In this document: positions 59,388 through 64,000 of the stretch, piece by piece
Layout: every line of letters starts with the position of its first letter
Numbering within the stretch: position 1 is the first letter of the stretch
Origin: Candidatus Poribacteria bacterium
GTDB taxonomy: Bacteria; Poribacteria; WGA-4E; WGA-3G
Assembly (NCBI GenBank): GCA_965215265.1
Contig: OZ244048.1
Span: 832,001-896,000 of the forward strand
Length of the DNA stretch: 64,000 nt
Direction: 5' to 3'
Program-made: the position numbers and the translations under genes
The notes under the pieces: generated by a model
Seen by the model: the letters and a program-made list of their open reading frames with translations, nothing else
Told to the model about the DNA's origin: nothing
The model's database searches: none

Positions 59388-59936
59388 ATGATGAAGATGA
59401 AATTGACTGCTTATCTGCTAATCATTGTGCTGTTAAGTGCTATTGTCACAGTTGCGAAGGAGCAAGCCCCAAAAGTAGGCGATGAGGCACCCGATTTTAC
59501 ACTTGAAGATGTAGAAGAGAACGCGCACACCCTAAAAAAGTATCGCGATAACGTCGTTTTTCTGATTATGGGCAACCGGAAGATTCGGAAGGAAGATAAT
59601 AGATGGGCGGAGGCGTTCCAAAAGGATTATCAGAAAAACAAGCGAGTTATTGCCTATATTGTCGCCGATTTGCGGAGTGTCCCAGGCTTCATACCCAAAT
59701 CCTTTATCCGCAACCAACTCAGGAAAAATCCGCCTCCCGTAACCTTCCTTCTTGATTGGAAGGGGCGCGTGCACCAACGCTACCAGACAGCCAAGGATAA
59801 ACCGAATCTCTATCTAATTTCGCCTGACGGGACCATCGTCTTCCATCAAAAAGTCAATTTCAAACCGAAAATTTATGCCGAACTCAAAAAACAGATCGAC
59901 GCGCTTTTAGTGCACGCAGACCGAGACGCACAGTGA
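59388..59936 (+). CDS. Secreted thioredoxin-fold (redoxin/YtfJ-like) protein lacking cysteines
   Basis: VGDEAPDFTLED, LLDWKG, YLISPDGTI. Confidence 0.75.
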   Translation: MMKMKLTAYLLIIVLLSAIVTVAKEQAPKVGDEAPDFTLEDVEENAHTLKKYRDNVVFLIMGNRKIRKEDNRWAEAFQKDYQKNKRVIAYIVADLRSVPGFIPKSFIRNQLRKNPPPVTFLLDWKGRVHQRYQTAKDKPNLYLISPDGTIVFHQKVNFKPKIYAELKKQIDALLVHADRDAQ

Positions 59937-60006
59937 GCAGATTTATATCGCTCAGCACTGCTGCCTTCTGATAAATATTATGCCTTCAACCGGGACGGAG
60001 AAAACC

Positions 60007-60237
60007 ATGATTCAACGTGCTAAGATAGCAGTCTATCTGTCTAATCCACTGTTTTCCTTTATTGGCGGCGTGTTTCTCGAAGGGTTGGGCTTATGTGCAC
60101 TCGCGCTCGCCGGAAAAAACCTTTTCCTTTTTCAACTGTTCGTGTTTGCGGTAGCAATTGGCGGATTCGCCACCGCCTTGTGTGGGGTAGTCAATAGGAA
60201 AGTGGGGCTTTCAGTGGCAATCCTCCGTCGTGTCTAG
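60007..60237 (+). CDS. Small membrane protein
   Basis: Two hydrophobic segments, GGAG RBS. Confidence 0.55.
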   Translation: MIQRAKIAVYLSNPLFSFIGGVFLEGLGLCALALAGKNLFLFQLFVFAVAIGGFATALCGVVNRKVGLSVAILRRV

Positions 60238-60730
60238 GGTGCTAACCCAAAAGTCTCACAAAATAACGGTTGCTAGAGACACCCTCGGCACACCTCTCAA
60301 TTCGCAGGAGACGTGACTCATTTTACCACATCTCCTACTTAAGAAAAAAAACGAAAGTGAACATACATTCCCCCTTTTGAATCCAAAACAGGGATAAACC
60401 TGAAGCAGCCTGAATCGCCTTAGGGCTTCTCGTTTTTCGAGTGAAGGGCAACGCGAGACAGATTTGCCATTGAAATCTGAAAATTGCCCTTTTGAAATAG
60501 AATTTTTTATAATCATACACCCTAAATTATCTTTTGTCACATTAAAAATTGAGAAAAAAAGCGTTTTTTTTCGGAGAAATCATCATTTTTCAACATTTTA
60601 TGCTAAAAAAATACGAATAAGGGTTACGCGTTTTTTAGTCTATAGGGACTAAAGAATCCCCCGGATAACCGACGCTGTGCTGCAAGACGGAACACTACTA
60701 CCCTCTCCACCTGCAAATTCTATTCACGCG

Positions 60731-61969
60731 CTACGTATGCCGAATTGCCTCAATTGGAGCGAGTTTGGCGGCATTGCTGGCAGGATAGTAACCGAAGAAG
60801 ATTCCGACAGCTGCACCCGCGCCAACAGCAATCATTACGGCGTTTAATGTTATCACAGAGGGCGGCCAGACATCCGGCAGGAATTTATCGGCTCCCCATG
60901 ACAACCCTTGACCAAGGAGTGCGCCTAATGCTATGCCGCAGAGACTGCCGAGCAGGCATAAAACGACAGATTCGGTGAGAAACTGCAGGCGGATGTCAAA
61001 CGCTTTCGCACCCACAGCTTTCCGGAGCCCGATTTCTGGAATGCGTTCGCTGACTGAAACCAGCATAATGTTGAGAATGCCGATACCGGCTACAATCAAC
61101 GACACTGAAGCGATAACAACCAATATCATCTCTACGATGAAAATAGCGGTTTTGGCATCTGCGATGCCCTTCTTAGCTGACCACGTTCGGAAAAAGGTCT
61201 CGTCTCCGCCGTGGTTGCGCATAATAATGGTTTTTACCTCTTCCAGGGCTTGCTCTACCACCAGTGGACTTTTCGCGCGCGCCATGATAGCCCCAACGTT
61301 TTTGCGCCCCCAGAACCGTGTTTGGGCTGTCGTAATCGGAATGAAAATCATGTTATCGTCACTCCTACCGGCCTCCAGCCCATCGCCTCGGCTCTCCATA
61401 ACACCGACGACGTTAAAGCGGGAGTTGTTAATGCTGATTTCTTGACCGACCGGATTCGAGCCTTGAAATTGCTCCTTCCATACTTTTGCACCGATGACAC
61501 AGACTTTACTCCAGAACCCCATATCTGAATCTGCGATAAACCGGCCCACTTCCGTTGGCCATCGGCGCAGCTCTTGATATTCAACCGTTGTTGCCCTCAT
61601 GTAGGTCTGCTTATGTTTCCCCTCCACTTCAAGGTCTATATAATAACTGGTTTCCACTGTTGCAACTTCAACGGAGGGACATTCATTCTGAATATCGCGT
61701 AAATCTTGCATCTCCAAGCGATGGGGACTCGTGTTGCGCTGCCATCTGCCGTTGCGCTCTACCCACCCCGGGCGATAAACGCCGAACATACTGGGCCCAC
61801 CGATTTTCTCAACCTCGCTCATGATAAGTTTTTCCGCACCCGCGCCAAAAGACATCATTGCAATCACACCGGCAATCCCAATGGTAATGCCTAAGAGTGT
61901 TAGAATCGTTCTGAGTTTACTACTTCGGAATACCGAAAAAGCGGATATCAAATTTTCTAATATCTTCAT
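60731..61969 (-). CDS. MacB/FtsX-type ABC transporter permease
   Basis: RTILTLLGITIG, GILNIMLVSVSERIPEIGLRKAVGA, PA..AA.L.PIEA. Confidence 0.93.
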   Translation of the reverse strand: MKILENLISAFSVFRSSKLRTILTLLGITIGIAGVIAMMSFGAGAEKLIMSEVEKIGGPSMFGVYRPGWVERNGRWQRNTSPHRLEMQDLRDIQNECPSVEVATVETSYYIDLEVEGKHKQTYMRATTVEYQELRRWPTEVGRFIADSDMGFWSKVCVIGAKVWKEQFQGSNPVGQEISINNSRFNVVGVMESRGDGLEAGRSDDNMIFIPITTAQTRFWGRKNVGAIMARAKSPLVVEQALEEVKTIIMRNHGGDETFFRTWSAKKGIADAKTAIFIVEMILVVIASVSLIVAGIGILNIMLVSVSERIPEIGLRKAVGAKAFDIRLQFLTESVVLCLLGSLCGIALGALLGQGLSWGADKFLPDVWPPSVITLNAVMIAVGAGAAVGIFFGYYPASNAAKLAPIEAIRHT

Positions 61970-62504
61970 TTTCAACCTCAATTTCCTACCCTATCCTGAG
62001 CAGGCGACAACATGGATCGGAAAAAAACGGGTCTCTAAAATTTTCGTTGTATAAATTCACAAATTGTGCTATATTTAACCATGCGGTTTTTACGGATTCA
62101 GCACGGCTGACAGGTGCTATTTCTATAGAATACCATGAAATCTTTTCTGTGTGCAATGTTTTTTTTATCGGTAATCCCGGTTCTTTACTCTATGGAAAAA
62201 CTATTCCCGGACGAGGACACCCGCGGTGCTACAGACAGCAACTTGATAGACATGTGAAGGCGACACCTATAAAGACTGCAAGGCACAGTGGCAAAAACAG
62301 TAGATATGGCATGTGAAAACGTTAGAACTGTTCAATCCCGAACGTGTGCATTCACTGCAGGACTACAATACAACGGATTTTCTCTCTTCAACTGCCAACG
62401 TAGCAGATGTTGGAGACCCAGCAGGGGTGCTTCCGTCTCTGCATCAGTTTCACCCAGGTGCAACAATCTGTCAATTTCTGTCAATTAAGTAAGGAGTTTG
62501 GGGC

Positions 62505-64000
62505 GTGTCTATAACAGTTAAACAGAGCTCGGACAGGATCTTGCATCGTTGGCAAACTACGGAACGTGGTGAGGGCACGTGGATACAATTGCCTGCCACC
62601 GCGTTGCAAACACGGTATCGACTCCATGCCATGGAACACACCTTTAGCGATGTAGACACAGCCGCAGCAATTCAGCTAGCACTTCAGCAGTGGGAAAGGC
62701 AAAACGAGACGGCGTTTCCTCAGTACTATTTAATTGCGCAGCCGCATGCAGATGCACCGTGCTATCATATAACGGACTATGTAAAGCAGTGCGTGGCAGG
62801 GGAACTTGCAATCGGCGAGCGATTGCGTGGAAGAACGGTGCTGCGCCTTCATCAAACAGAGGAAGACGCAGCAGACCTGTTGAGCCACAGCGGCGTTTCG
62901 GCTTTTATTGAACAGATCTTGGTGCGTTACCTAAATAGTTACAAAAAAAAAGAGTTAATCGGGTTTACATGTGAACTGCCCCGGTTTCTCTCAATATGGG
63001 CGAACGATCCGGCAACAGTGCCGTGGAGTCCGACTCTATCGGCTGATGAGACATCTCCCATTATAGAAAAACAGTCATCCACTTTTTTTTCTGCGTACCT
63101 CCCTCTGGTGTTTTATGAAACTTACGATACGTCTGCGGTCCGGAGCGCGTTTTGGCAAACAGTCACGAAACGTTTCGCCTCGTGCTTCTTAGGAGGTTTG
63201 CGAGATTTCTGCCATCAGCAAGGACTGCGGTTTGCGTTAAGCTTACCGGCAGCTGCGAAAGCGTTGGAGTTTGAGTTGGGAACGATGCTCGCACACGTCG
63301 ACTGCCCGATTCTTGAAACGACAGAATTAGAGACACCGAGACGTTTCGTTGTCGCGAAATGGATTTGTAGTACAGCGCGCCAAGCAGGTATGTTACGGAA
63401 GGGTTCACATAAAGTGGAGCAAACCTTTCAAGATGCGGCCCTCGGCTTTAATTTGTGGTTCTCAACGGACAGAAGACAGAACGATACGAAAGATAGAGAG
63501 CAGAAGCTGTTGACGCACCTGCTAACGATGGGGTATCCAAAGAGACCTCTCCTAATGATCTCGCCAACGCAGAGCATGTGGACGAAACCTGATGAGAAAT
63601 TGTGGAATACTCTAACAAAAGCGTGTGGCTGGCTGTGCGACACAGTGACATATTTGGGGTACGATGTACGGATTGTTTCAGAGCTCGAGTTAAGTGAGGC
63701 AAAGGTGCGGAGGCATCCGCCGCGTCTCTGTTTCGGCACAGCTCCGGAAGATATCTATCGCGTGGTGCTCCTTCCAAGTTGTATCTCACTTCAAGAAGAG
63801 ACGGTGGCTTGTCTACGAGCATTCACGAAAGCGAAAGGCAAAATCATAGCGAATGAACCTACCCCGTATCTGCTCAACGGACGGATTGGCTTAGAACCGT
63901 ATCCACTGGAACAACTCATTTATAGTCGGCGTACAAGCATTCTCCGGGGGCCGTCAAATGAACGGGCGGCCGCACTCAAAAAGTACCTCCGAAAATGGGT
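62505..64000 (+). CDS. Large protein truncated by the window edge, divergent GH106 (alpha-L-rhamnosidase)-like
   Basis: AAGGAG RBS, GTG 62505, frame open to the end; DLLS..FIEQ..Y, IGFTCELP, VPWS, YLPLVF, VRSAFWQTVTKRF...LRDFCHQQGL. Confidence 0.7.
   Translation, partial: MSITVKQSSDRILHRWQTTERGEGTWIQLPATALQTRYRLHAMEHTFSDVDTAAAIQLALQQWERQNETAFPQYYLIAQPHADAPCYHITDYVKQCVAGELAIGERLRGRTVLRLHQTEEDAADLLSHSGVSAFIEQILVRYLNSYKKKELIGFTCELPRFLSIWANDPATVPWSPTLSADETSPIIEKQSSTFFSAYLPLVFYETYDTSAVRSAFWQTVTKRFASCFLGGLRDFCHQQGLRFALSLPAAAKALEFELGTMLAHVDCPILETTELETPRRFVVAKWICSTARQAGMLRKGSHKVEQTFQDAALGFNLWFSTDRRQNDTKDREQKLLTHLLTMGYPKRPLLMISPTQSMWTKPDEKLWNTLTKACGWLCDTVTYLGYDVRIVSELELSEAKVRRHPPRLCFGTAPEDIYRVVLLPSCISLQEETVACLRAFTKAKGKIIANEPTPYLLNGRIGLEPYPLEQLIYSRRTSILRGPSNERAAALKKYLRKW

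Noticed and set aside
62288-62488. Cys/Ser-rich 66-aa ORF as a RiPP precursor
   Set aside because: No RBS, no modifying enzymes nearby, and a competing ORF in another frame

Overview
Bacterial chromosomal window, most consistent with Candidatus Poribacteria, a sponge-associated phylum. This is an inference from the secreted LamG/DUF1080 proteins ending in a V(D/E)xxxK(L/I)AxTWGxLK tail, the QDYTxWxLPxGAxARLGKG-type WD40 protein, and the FGE-sulfatase, PhyH and DUF1501 proteins. It holds about 50 CDSs. Housekeeping genes include polA, cydAB, gmk, coaBC, rsmA, rsmD, nfi, mazG and a ubiD-family gene. Defence-type genes are an orphan hsdR+M48 pair, a DNA MTase-HNH fusion, a probable RM gene relic and a WD40-trypsin protein. 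There are also repeat proteins, orphan ABC components and an ECF sigma/FHA/TPR-peptidase cluster. I recognised no rRNA, tRNA, CRISPR array or transposase. The most striking unexplained structure is a modular interspersed repeat family: at least 11 copies of a ~28-bp core plus hairpin and GGCAGG modules, confined to 31.5-40.9 kb. One 80-bp unit sits in-frame inside rsmD. Other highlights are a sigma54-driven unannotated 54-aa membrane peptide with a switch-like leader, a candidate ~270-nt structured RNA near 60.2-60.5 kb, and a long ORF running off the right edge that the ORF track misses. All family assignments come from motif recognition, not database searches.
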